Part shown: positions 47,501-56,713 of the stretch, in pieces | How positions within the stretch are numbered: the stretch's first letter is position 1 | Layout: every line of letters begins with the position of its first letter | Source of the DNA: an uncultured virus (IMG/VR IMGVR_UViG_3300018428_002561) | Taxonomy: Duplodnaviria > Heunggongvirae > Uroviricota > Caudoviricetes | Reading direction: 5' to 3' (one strand) | Length of the DNA: 64,000 bases | Virus record (IMG/VR): IMGVR_UViG_3300018428_002561 | Notes under the pieces: model-generated | Database searches by the model: none | What the model was told of the DNA's origin: nothing | The model's input: the letters and a program-made list of their open reading frames with translations, nothing else | Program-made: the position numbers and the translations under genes

Positions 47501-50131
47501 CAAACAGGTGATAGAAGTTTTAATGGTAATCTTACAATATCACAAAATTTAGATGTAACTGGATTTGCACAGTTTGAAGAAATCCTAGTTGATGATAATT
47601 TTATTACTACGACTACATCGAACACAGATTTAGAACTACGTGCTAGTGGAACTGGCAAAGTTCTTATACCTAACAACAATGTTGTTATTAATAATAATTT
47701 AACAGTAAATGACGCAAATGTTGTAAATGTTACAGTTGCTCAAGATATACTACTTAATGAAATTGTTATTCCGCCTAGTATTATAGAAATAGATGATAAT
47801 TTTATCAGCACAAAAGTTTCTAATGAAAGTTTAGATTTAAGAGCTAACGGAAGTGGCAACATATTATATGTTGACAACACAACTATTTCTAACAATTTAA
47901 ATGTTAATGGCCAAACAAATACTGAAAATATAGAAATTACAGGGACTACAAATATTGTTGGCAATACCAACTTTGCACAAGACTATAACTTAACAGGACA
48001 ATTAACAACAGACAAATTAGTTCTTACTGAAAATTATCAAGACTTTGAACGAGTAGGTATACATGGCAACAAGATTACTTCTCAAGAAACTAACACAGAC
48101 TTAGAATTACGTGCAAGTGGTACAGGCAGGGTAGTAATAGATAATGCAACTTTTGATAGAAATGTTACAGTAAATGATCTAAATGCAAATAACATTATTG
48201 CTGATCAAAGTTTTGAAGCGGCGTTAATTGATAGTGAAAACATAGAAGCGTTTGGTAATGTTGTAACAACAACTCTTAGCAATAGCGATTTAGAATTACG
48301 TGCTAATGGCACAGGGCAGGTTATTGTTGATAACGCTAGTTTAAATATATCAAATAATTTTACAGTAAATGATCAAACAGTAATAAATGATGATACTACA
48401 GTAACAGGATCGTTAAACATAAACGGTGATACTGTTCGTACAGGTAATTCTACGGTTACACTTACAAGCGATTACACAATTAATGGAGCCTTAACAGTTG
48501 ATAGAAAAACTGATTTAGGAGACTGGACTATTGACGGAAATGTTTTAGAATATACACAGACAGGTGATGTAGTGCTTGACACCGCAGGCACAGGTGATGT
48601 AGTGTTTACTGATACTGTTGTAAGTAGAGATATGTCAGCAGCAAGTGCGTCATTTGGTAGTCTAAGAATTCTAGATAGTGTTGCATTAGAAAATATGGTT
48701 AGTTCAACTGACATAGAAATATTTGATAACGTAATTACAACAACAAATAGTAATAGTAATTTAGAACTTAGAGCGGCAGGAAATGTTGAAATTGACAACA
48801 ACTTTAGTGTTACCGGAACATCTCAAATAGATGGAACTACATCTTTACAAGGTACTGAAATTAATGCTCCTATAACAGTAAATGCAAATATTATACAAAC
48901 TGGTAATAGAGATATTACAGGTGATTATTCTGCTACAAACTTAATTGTTGACAGAAGAACCGATCTCGGAAACTTTACATTCGAAGATAGCACAATACTT
49001 AATAACAATATCGGAGACATGACTATAACTGGTTCTGGAACTGGAAATGTTGTTATAGAACAAGGTAGAGCAGATAAAAATTTAACAGCTACAAGTGCAA
49101 CAAGTAACGGATTTTTTATTGAAAAAGCTGTAGCTGCTAACAAGTTTATAGTTACAGATGATATTGAAATATTTCAAAATGTTATTACAACAACAAACAG
49201 TAACAGTAATCTAGAATTACGCACAAGCGGCTCAGGAGAAATATATCTAGAAGGTATAAGGGCGTTAGACAGTACATTACAAACGTTTAGTGGAAATGAT
49301 CTAACTATAACCAGTAACGAAATATTGTTTGATAGTACTCATAGTATACAGATTCCAATAGGCGATAGCTCACAACGTATTGTAGCATCTGTAGCAACAA
49401 TAGTTCTAGATGGTGGTAACGGTGTAAATGATCCACAGCCTATCACTGTTGATGGTGGTGATGCTGTAACAGTATTTGGTCCAACGGATACGTTCTACGA
49501 CGGTGGAACTTCGCTAGAGCCTAACGGTAACGCCGGCGACATTAGATTTAATACTGATTATGGACTATTTGAAGGATTCAGTCAAGCAAACCAGTATTTT
49601 GGCGGTGTGTTTAGTGAAGACGCACAGACTAATGTTCAAGCACTCAATGACGAAGTTGAATTTAGAGTAGCAGGTACTAAAGTAGGTAGCGTAGCCTATG
49701 ACGGTGTTAATATTAGCACATCATTAAAAACAGCAAATATTACTATATCTAATAACATAGTTACATCTGAAAATAATACAGCATTGCAATTAGTTCCAAA
49801 TGGAGCGGGTACTGTTAAGATGTTTGATAATATGTCGTTTGACGACAACAAGATTAAAAATCTTGCAAACGACGATGGTTTACATATTGTAACTACTGAT
49901 AACGGATATGTAAAAATTGATACTCAAGTTAGCGGTATAGTATTACCTACCGGTGACAATTCAACTAGAGATGCAACTCCGGTTGTTGGAGAAATTAGAT
50001 ATAATACAGAAGCACCTGGTGCAGAAATATGGAACGGTACAGAATGGGTATCTGTTGCAGGTGATACTGGTGATGCAGATGCGATAGTTCTCGGCGAAGC
50101 CTTTGACGAATGGACTCTTATACTAGGGTAA
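44591..50131 (+). CDS. Large repetitive fibre/virion protein (1846 aa)
   Basis: YYVSKNGDN pectin-lyase-like entry motif, ~14 IDDNFITTT.SN.DLELRA.GTG repeats, P.G....R...G.IRYNT C-terminus. Confidence 0.8.
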   Translation: MSQVGRISGPLLFANLERNGIDLAFETDLLYLDVNNGKIGIRNNAPTNDLHVLDTTRTTTLYGDTQADIANINFQNSTIQPFPGQLFLDARYKITSSNAKTGDIFIDDNYISTTNSNSNLELRPNGTGRVEVYSDLHTDGNIHATGNITLDGNIIFGDTGDDSTALNDTVTFQTDVNSNIDPTVTEVYDLGKYNKRWLELNTRLVNGVAVESSSFILGGVDLNNRPGKTYYVSKNGDNDYTGTHVQHPFETIDYAVTQATAGDTIHVFPGEYEESTPIVVPAGVTVVGHDLRNTVITPPSSQSSTDIFHLNGESTVANFTIKDFFYDSVNDTGYAFRFAPNATITTRSPYVQNVTVSTQGSTTSASDPRGYASGDAGKGALVDGASVLGTSNEASMLFHAVTFITPGVDALTMTNGVRVEWLNSFTYFADRGLYAVNGATGHLSTDGSTIKYGAELRSIGSANVYGNKGAEADGADTLMYLIQHNFGYIGSGKFVDNDPSRVIQTNETIELNSGKIYYSSTDHLGNFRVGDQFFVDLETGNSTLTIDESTVNALAGLTVTTNGNIAIIDGNKVQNQNIRFSGNTIESLSGEINIDSPASTFINLNGNTNLVGNLDITDNFTFDGTLSLAGDQPTDTVTFNTEFSQDLEPNQDLTFTLGNETKRWNWTYVNDAEIDGVTIETNYITSNESNADLELRASGTGKVNITDQVNINNQLTALGTSTFQNVSLQVLTSNADLEATNFSINDFNIQGNLDIQGEAQLENILIDDNFITTTQSNSDLELRAAGTGEVTTQELVRVNGLLINESTLQTGNVDIAGTVTFGTLETDEIRINNNTIEAFNTNQDLNLDANGTGEVQINSSDVIIQEDLTVNGNTTLQGTDITGSLVHSGNLTQTGNYNIAGEISNGNILIEDNFITTTNSNSDLELRASGTGEVLIPNNDVQVNNNFTVTGASDFQDVTVNGTFLPGFSYQTGDRSFNGNLTISQNLDVTGFAQFEEILVDDNFITTTTSNTDLELRASGTGKVLIPNNNVVINNNLTVNDANVVNVTVAQDILLNEIVIPPSIIEIDDNFISTKVSNESLDLRANGSGNILYVDNTTISNNLNVNGQTNTENIEITGTTNIVGNTNFAQDYNLTGQLTTDKLVLTENYQDFERVGIHGNKITSQETNTDLELRASGTGRVVIDNATFDRNVTVNDLNANNIIADQSFEAALIDSENIEAFGNVVTTTLSNSDLELRANGTGQVIVDNASLNISNNFTVNDQTVINDDTTVTGSLNINGDTVRTGNSTVTLTSDYTINGALTVDRKTDLGDWTIDGNVLEYTQTGDVVLDTAGTGDVVFTDTVVSRDMSAASASFGSLRILDSVALENMVSSTDIEIFDNVITTTNSNSNLELRAAGNVEIDNNFSVTGTSQIDGTTSLQGTEINAPITVNANIIQTGNRDITGDYSATNLIVDRRTDLGNFTFEDSTILNNNIGDMTITGSGTGNVVIEQGRADKNLTATSATSNGFFIEKAVAANKFIVTDDIEIFQNVITTTNSNSNLELRTSGSGEIYLEGIRALDSTLQTFSGNDLTITSNEILFDSTHSIQIPIGDSSQRIVASVATIVLDGGNGVNDPQPITVDGGDAVTVFGPTDTFYDGGTSLEPNGNAGDIRFNTDYGLFEGFSQANQYFGGVFSEDAQTNVQALNDEVEFRVAGTKVGSVAYDGVNISTSLKTANITISNNIVTSENNTALQLVPNGAGTVKMFDNMSFDDNKIKNLANDDGLHIVTTDNGYVKIDTQVSGIVLPTGDNSTRDATPVVGEIRYNTEAPGAEIWNGTEWVSVAGDTGDADAIVLGEAFDEWTLILG

Positions 50132-50272
50132 GTCCACCCTTTTTCTCTAAAACGATAAATACTATTAATGCAGCATAGACCAATGTTGCAGGGTCAAACT
50201 GTGGTTAGCCAGCAAAGAGCGAGAGCTGAAAATTTAGGCTAGAGGGACAGGATCCCCGTGTAAGGAGAAGAG

Positions 50273-53200
50273 ATGGCTGTAGGTCGCATATCAGGTCCGC
50301 TCTTGAAGTCTAATTTGATTCGTAATGGAATCGATTTAGCTTTTGAGACAGACTTATTATATCTAGATGTTAACAATCAGCGAATTGGTGTTAAAACTAA
50401 TGCTCCATCACACGACTTACACGTTAACGGCACAACACGTACAACCAACTTAATAGTAGACAATATAGCAGAAATTGCTGATATTACTATTTCTGGTAAT
50501 ACTATTCAAAGTGCAAATACTCTTAATCTTCTTACAACTGGCGCCGATAGTGTTGTTTATCAACGTCAACTTGACATTCAAAGCATTTCAATATTTGACA
50601 ATGTAATTAATACAAACGATTCTAATGCAAATTTAGAATTACGTCCTAACGGCACAGGCCAAGTAGAAGTTTATTCAAATTTACAAGTTGAAGGTAATAT
50701 ACATGCAACGGGTAATATTAGTGCTGATGGCAATATTACACTAGGTGATGCAGATACAGATAATGTTACTTTTAACTCCGCTGTTGCAAGTGATATTATT
50801 CCAGATCAAACAGACACTTATAAATTAGGTAACAGTGTTAAAAGATGGGATGATGTCTGGCTACAAAATCTAAACGCAACAACAATTAACAGTTCAGATC
50901 TTCTTGTTGACGGTATTGACATGACTCTACGTCAAGGTAACATTTATTATGTTGCTGAAAATGGAGATGATACTAGAACAGGAACACATCCTCAAGATCC
51001 GTTTGCTACAATAGAACAAGCATTAAGTGTAGCAACAACAGGCGATACTGTTTACATTTATCCAGGCGCTTATGAAGAAGTATTTCCTTTAACTGTTCCA
51101 GTAGGAGTAACAGTTAAAGGACACTCATTAAGAAGCGTTACAATAACTCCTACAGCAGGCACGAATACAAATGATGCATTTTTACTAAATGGTGAAACTA
51201 CTGTAGAAGATATTACAATTAAAGACTTTTATAGTCCAGGATTTGCATTTAAATTTGCAAACAATATGACTGTTACAAGCAGAAGTCCTTACATTAGAAA
51301 CGTTACAGTTATTACAAAAGGTTCAACACTTACAGCAGAAGATCCAAGAGGATTTAATGCAGGAGACGCAGGTGGCGGCGCATATTTAGACGGTAGTGTT
51401 GTAAATGCAAATTCAAAAGAAGCAAGTTGTTTATTCCATGCTGTTACATTTATAACACCCGGTGTTGACACACTACAAGCAACTAACGGTGTTAGAGTAG
51501 AATGGCTTAACTCATTTACATATTTTGCTAATAGAGGCTTGTATGCGTTTGACGGCACAGCAGGAAAGTATAACGATGGTAAAACGTTTGTTAGACTAGG
51601 CGGCATAAGCGGCGGCACATTCCAAGCAGGCGATACAGTTACATTTACAAGTACAGACAGTTCAACTGTTTTAAATGTAAATGTTGAAAGTGTAGACAAC
51701 GATGTACTTGTAATTGACGGCAAAAATATTGACTTTATAGATTTTGATACAACACCGCAAAGTATTTCAAACGGTTCGGGCGTAACAGCAACAACAATAC
51801 TTAATCATGATGTAAGAGACTTTGGTGCAGAAATAAGAATGATTGGCTCTGCATCGGTTTACGGTAATTATGGATTATACGGCGACGGCCCGGGTGTAAT
51901 TGTTTATGCTATTGGACAAAATCTAGCATACATTGGTAATGGTAAAGAAGTTACTAATGACCCAGGTACTGTATTACAAGATAACGAAGTTATTGAATTA
52001 AATGATGCTAAGATTAGATATAACTCAGTAGACCATAAAGGTGATTTTAGAGTTGGTGACCTATTTTATGTTAACCAAGATGACGGTACTGTAAACTTTG
52101 TTGCAAATGCACTTAATGTAGATTTAACTTCAGGTGTAACATTTACAAGTGGCGGTAATTCAACTTTTGTAAGCGGTGATAGAATTGACACTGGTAACTT
52201 AAGAATAAGTGGAAATACTATAGAAAGTTTAAGTGGTAATATAAACATAAGTCCACTTACACAAACATTAAATTTAAACAGCGATGTTAATGTTGCAGGT
52301 AGTTTAGATGTTACTGGTAATGTAACTATTGGTGGCAACATCACAATAGGTGATCAAGCAACTGATACTATACAAATAGTTGCAGGTATTGACAGTGACC
52401 TAATACCTAATCTAGATACAACATATAATTTAGGTAATCCATCTAAGATGTGGAAATACCTTTATACTAATGGAGCAGATTTTGGCGACATTAGAATAAC
52501 AAATAACTTTATTGAAACAACTGTTTCGAATGCAGATTTAGAATTACGTGCTAGTGGAACAGGTAAGATACTAGTACCAAATTCAAATGTTGAAATTACA
52601 AATGACTTAATAGTTGGAGGAGATTCTACATTCCAAGACGTTGATATTCTTGGTAACTTGACTATTGGCGGTGATATTACACAAACTGGTAACCAAACAG
52701 TTATTGGTGATGTTGCTGTTGGCGGTAATCTATCAGTAACAGGACAAGCTCAGTTTGAAGAAATACTAATCGACGATAACTTTATTACAACTACTAGTTC
52801 AAACGCAGACTTAGAACTTAGAGCTAATGGAACTGGTGAAGTATTAATTCCTAATAACACATTTAGAATCAGTAACGATTTAATTGCTGATTCTGTGCAA
52901 GCAAATACACTAGTTGCAACTACAGTAGATGCTACTGATTTTATAAATGGTACAATTAGAATTGATAATAATCACATACAAGTAACTACAGCAGACACTG
53001 ACTTGTTTATTGATGCTGCAGGCACAGGTGATGTAAAAATCAACAGTAGTGATGTTGTTATACAGCAAAATCTAACTGTAAATGGAGCAACCAGTTTACA
53101 GAATACTCAAATTACAGGAACAATAACACATACTGGCGATACTACACAGACTGGTAATTTTAATATTGCTGGTGAAATTAGTAATGGCAATATTCTAATA

Positions 53201-55927
53201 GAAGATAATTTTATTACTACAACAAACAGTAATAGTGATTTAGAACTACGTGCTAGTGGAACCGGTGAAATATTAATTCCAGATAATAATGTACAAATTA
53301 ATAATAACCTGACTGTAAGCGGTACAACTGATCTACAAGATACTACAGTAAATGGTACATTTACACTTACAGGTGATTTAAACCAAACAGGTGATGCAAC
53401 TATTACAGGAAGTGTAACAGTTACACAAGATTTAGATGTTTCGGGTGCAGCACAGTTCGAAGAAATATTAATTGACGACAATTTCATTACTACAACAACT
53501 TCTAATACAAATTTAGAACTACGTGCTAGTGGAACTGGTATTGTTTTAATACCAAATGCAAATGTTGAAATTACAAATGATTTAGATGTACAAGGCACAC
53601 TAACAGTTAATGATATTAACAGTTCAGGAACCATAACAGCAAATAGATTTAGTACTGGTGATATTTTAATTGACGACAACTTTATTACAACGACACAGAG
53701 TAATAGCAATTTAGAATTACGTGCAAACGGCACTGGCGAAATAATTGTTCCTAATAATGATGTAACATTTCAAAATGCTGTAACTGTTGAAGGATTAACA
53801 ACATTATCTGATACAACCGTAAATGGAACATTACAAGTACAAGGAAATGTAACACATACCGGTGATATTCAAGTTATTGGTACAAGCACACTTGACAAGG
53901 TTGTTGTAAATCAAACTCTTCAATTAGAAGAAATATTAATTGATGATAATTTTATAACAACAACTAGCTCAAATGCTGATTTAGAATTAAGTGCAAACGG
54001 CACAGGACAAGTTATTGTTCCTAATAATGATGTTGTTATTACAAATGATCTTGATGTTAACGGAACATTTACTGTTAATAACATAAACAGCTCAGGTACA
54101 ATTACAGCAAATAGTTATTCAACTGGTGATATTTTAATTGACGATAATTTTATCACTACTACATTAAGTAATAGCGATTTAGAATTACGAGCTAATGGAA
54201 CTGGTGAAGTTCTTATTCCTAATAATGACGTACAAATTGATAATAATTTAAATGTTGACGGTAGTGCAACATTATCTAATACAACCATAAATGGTGCGTT
54301 TAATCATACAGGGGATACTGTTCAAGTTGGCGATTACACACAAACAGGTAATGCAAATTATACAGGTAATTTAGTTGTATCAGGTGACTCTCAATTTGAA
54401 AATATTCAAATTACAGGCAATGTTATACAAACTACACTTAGCAATAGTGATTTAGAATTTAAAACATCAGGTACTGGTAGCGTATTAATTCCAAGTGCAA
54501 ACGTAAATGTTACTGGTGATTTAACTGTTGTTGGACAACTCACAGTTGGTGATATTCAAAGCACAGGAACAATTGAAGCAAATAACTTTACTACTGGTGA
54601 TATACTAATTGATGATAATTTTATCACAACTACAACGTCTAACAGCGACCTAGAGCTTAGGGCTAATGGAACTGGCATAGTAGTAGTCCAGGACAGTTTG
54701 CAAGCAACACAAGACCTTACAGTAAGCGGAAACACTACTTTAAACAGTGATGTAACTATTAACGGAGATGTTACACATACAGGTACAACAGTACAAACTG
54801 GAAACTTTACACAAACTGGTACAACAGATGTTACAGGAAACTTAACTGTAACAGGAGATGCCGATTTTGAAGGTATTAGACTTGCAGGAAATTCAATAAT
54901 AGGCACACAATCAAATGCTGATATTGAAATTAAAACATCCGGTACTGGAGATATATTATTTCCAAACAATGACTTACAAGTAACAAATGATTTTGTTGTA
55001 GGAGGCACACTAACTGTTGGAAACTTAACAGCGACAGGTATTATCGAAGCTGACAGTTTTACAACAGGTGATATATTAATTGATGATAACTTTATTACTA
55101 CAACTTTAAGTAACAGTAATTTAGAACTACGTGCAAATGGCACTGGTGGTATTATTGCAGAAAACTTTACCATCAACGAAAGCACAATATCTACAACAAC
55201 AGATGATATGACAATTAGCCCTGCTACTGGTTATACAAAGTTTGCTGGTACTGGTGCTATAAATGTTCCAGTTGGTACAACATTACAAAGACCTTCAAGT
55301 CCACAAGTAGGACAAATTCGTTATAATCAAGATTTAAGTAGATACGAAGGATATAACGGAACTAATTGGATTATATTACAAGGTGTTGAAGATTTAGACG
55401 GTAACACAAAAGTTACAGCAGAACTTGTTGAAGGCCAAAATGATAATATTATTAGATTCTACACAGATAATACAGTTAGAGCTAATATCGATTCAAATAG
55501 ATTCTATGCAGATAGATTTGAAGTAGATGATGTACAAATAGAGCAAAACACAATCAGCACACTTACTACTGATCAAGACTTGGTGTTAAGTGCCGCAGGT
55601 ACTGGTAGAGTAGTAATAGAAAACTTTGCCTTCGAAGACAATAGGATTATAAATACAGTATCGAATAGTATTACTCTTTTTGAAAACACTAATAACGGAT
55701 ATGTTAAGTTTAGTGGAACAGGTGGACTTGTAATACCAAGTGGTACTAGTGCAGAAAGACCTGCGGTTGCTTATAGAGAAATAGGCATGGCCAGGTTTAA
55801 CACTGAAGACGACAGGGTTGAAATATTCGACGGAGTAAACTGGGCCTCTTCAGCTGGTGCAGGATCTGGTATTAATCCATCAGATGCAGCAGACTTAGCA
55901 ATTGAAACAGTTTTATACTTAGGATAA
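50273..55927 (+). CDS. Large repetitive fibre/virion protein (1884 aa), tandem paralogue of 44591-50131
   Basis: Same N-terminus (VGRISGPLL..NL.RNGIDLAFETDLLYLDVNN) and the same repeat architecture. Confidence 0.8.
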   Translation: MAVGRISGPLLKSNLIRNGIDLAFETDLLYLDVNNQRIGVKTNAPSHDLHVNGTTRTTNLIVDNIAEIADITISGNTIQSANTLNLLTTGADSVVYQRQLDIQSISIFDNVINTNDSNANLELRPNGTGQVEVYSNLQVEGNIHATGNISADGNITLGDADTDNVTFNSAVASDIIPDQTDTYKLGNSVKRWDDVWLQNLNATTINSSDLLVDGIDMTLRQGNIYYVAENGDDTRTGTHPQDPFATIEQALSVATTGDTVYIYPGAYEEVFPLTVPVGVTVKGHSLRSVTITPTAGTNTNDAFLLNGETTVEDITIKDFYSPGFAFKFANNMTVTSRSPYIRNVTVITKGSTLTAEDPRGFNAGDAGGGAYLDGSVVNANSKEASCLFHAVTFITPGVDTLQATNGVRVEWLNSFTYFANRGLYAFDGTAGKYNDGKTFVRLGGISGGTFQAGDTVTFTSTDSSTVLNVNVESVDNDVLVIDGKNIDFIDFDTTPQSISNGSGVTATTILNHDVRDFGAEIRMIGSASVYGNYGLYGDGPGVIVYAIGQNLAYIGNGKEVTNDPGTVLQDNEVIELNDAKIRYNSVDHKGDFRVGDLFYVNQDDGTVNFVANALNVDLTSGVTFTSGGNSTFVSGDRIDTGNLRISGNTIESLSGNINISPLTQTLNLNSDVNVAGSLDVTGNVTIGGNITIGDQATDTIQIVAGIDSDLIPNLDTTYNLGNPSKMWKYLYTNGADFGDIRITNNFIETTVSNADLELRASGTGKILVPNSNVEITNDLIVGGDSTFQDVDILGNLTIGGDITQTGNQTVIGDVAVGGNLSVTGQAQFEEILIDDNFITTTSSNADLELRANGTGEVLIPNNTFRISNDLIADSVQANTLVATTVDATDFINGTIRIDNNHIQVTTADTDLFIDAAGTGDVKINSSDVVIQQNLTVNGATSLQNTQITGTITHTGDTTQTGNFNIAGEISNGNILIEDNFITTTNSNSDLELRASGTGEILIPDNNVQINNNLTVSGTTDLQDTTVNGTFTLTGDLNQTGDATITGSVTVTQDLDVSGAAQFEEILIDDNFITTTTSNTNLELRASGTGIVLIPNANVEITNDLDVQGTLTVNDINSSGTITANRFSTGDILIDDNFITTTQSNSNLELRANGTGEIIVPNNDVTFQNAVTVEGLTTLSDTTVNGTLQVQGNVTHTGDIQVIGTSTLDKVVVNQTLQLEEILIDDNFITTTSSNADLELSANGTGQVIVPNNDVVITNDLDVNGTFTVNNINSSGTITANSYSTGDILIDDNFITTTLSNSDLELRANGTGEVLIPNNDVQIDNNLNVDGSATLSNTTINGAFNHTGDTVQVGDYTQTGNANYTGNLVVSGDSQFENIQITGNVIQTTLSNSDLEFKTSGTGSVLIPSANVNVTGDLTVVGQLTVGDIQSTGTIEANNFTTGDILIDDNFITTTTSNSDLELRANGTGIVVVQDSLQATQDLTVSGNTTLNSDVTINGDVTHTGTTVQTGNFTQTGTTDVTGNLTVTGDADFEGIRLAGNSIIGTQSNADIEIKTSGTGDILFPNNDLQVTNDFVVGGTLTVGNLTATGIIEADSFTTGDILIDDNFITTTLSNSNLELRANGTGGIIAENFTINESTISTTTDDMTISPATGYTKFAGTGAINVPVGTTLQRPSSPQVGQIRYNQDLSRYEGYNGTNWIILQGVEDLDGNTKVTAELVEGQNDNIIRFYTDNTVRANIDSNRFYADRFEVDDVQIEQNTISTLTTDQDLVLSAAGTGRVVIENFAFEDNRIINTVSNSITLFENTNNGYVKFSGTGGLVIPSGTSAERPAVAYREIGMARFNTEDDRVEIFDGVNWASSAGAGSGINPSDAADLAIETVLYLG

Positions 55928-55930
55928 TAA

Positions 55931-56260
55931 ATGGCAACGATATTTAAAAATAAAGTTATTAACAATGTAGGCACACAACCTATAGACATTATTGAAACTA
56001 ACTCGGCAACTAGAGCCACTGTTATCGGGTTAAGTTTAACAAATCTTACTGATAGTTTTGTTTATGTAAGTGTGTTAATGAAAGACGATACAAGTGTAAC
56101 TGGACATTATATTAAAGATACGTTGCTACCAGCAAATACTAGTTTGCGAGTTGTTGCAACAGGCGAAAAATTAATAGTTGCACCTGATAATATTGTCCAA
56201 GTAGTAGCAAGTACAGATGATGCTGTAGACGCTATAGCAAGTTATGTGGAGATAGTATAA
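55931..56260 (+). CDS. Small structural protein
   Basis: 109 aa, paralogue of 43660-44031, tightly coupled to its neighbours. Confidence 0.65.
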   Translation: MATIFKNKVINNVGTQPIDIIETNSATRATVIGLSLTNLTDSFVYVSVLMKDDTSVTGHYIKDTLLPANTSLRVVATGEKLIVAPDNIVQVVASTDDAVDAIASYVEIV

Positions 56261-56703
56261 TGAGTCATTATATAGGAAGTAATCCAACAGACGTACAAAA
56301 CGGATTTATCAAAAGATATTTTTACGGTTTACGTAGGAATGATGATGGTGAATTATTTTTAGTTAGAGTTGATCAACTTGCAGGCGGAGACTCAAACAGT
56401 GTTACAATTAACGATTTAGGTATATCAGAAGAAAACTTTTTAGATTTTGAAGAAGGTATTGATTACTTAGATGGTATTGATGAAAATAAAGATATTGTTT
56501 ATCCTAACTTGCGTTACCCTCAACTACGTTGGGACGGTAGAAGTTTAACATATTATATTGAAGCAGGCACAGGACATTTTGTACAATCAGTTAGTGAAAA
56601 AGTAACATTCGAAGATAATATTAGTTCACCAGCATACGGTGAAGGTGTAGATAATGCGGTATTGCTTCCTGGTGAAACAGGCGGACCAGGACCAGGATAC
56701 TAG
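56260..56703 (+). CDS. Hypothetical protein
   Basis: TAATG coupling; RYFYGLRRNDDGELFL. Confidence 0.65.
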   Translation: MSHYIGSNPTDVQNGFIKRYFYGLRRNDDGELFLVRVDQLAGGDSNSVTINDLGISEENFLDFEEGIDYLDGIDENKDIVYPNLRYPQLRWDGRSLTYYIEAGTGHFVQSVSEKVTFEDNISSPAYGEGVDNAVLLPGETGGPGPGY

Positions 56704-56713
56704 GGGAAAATAA

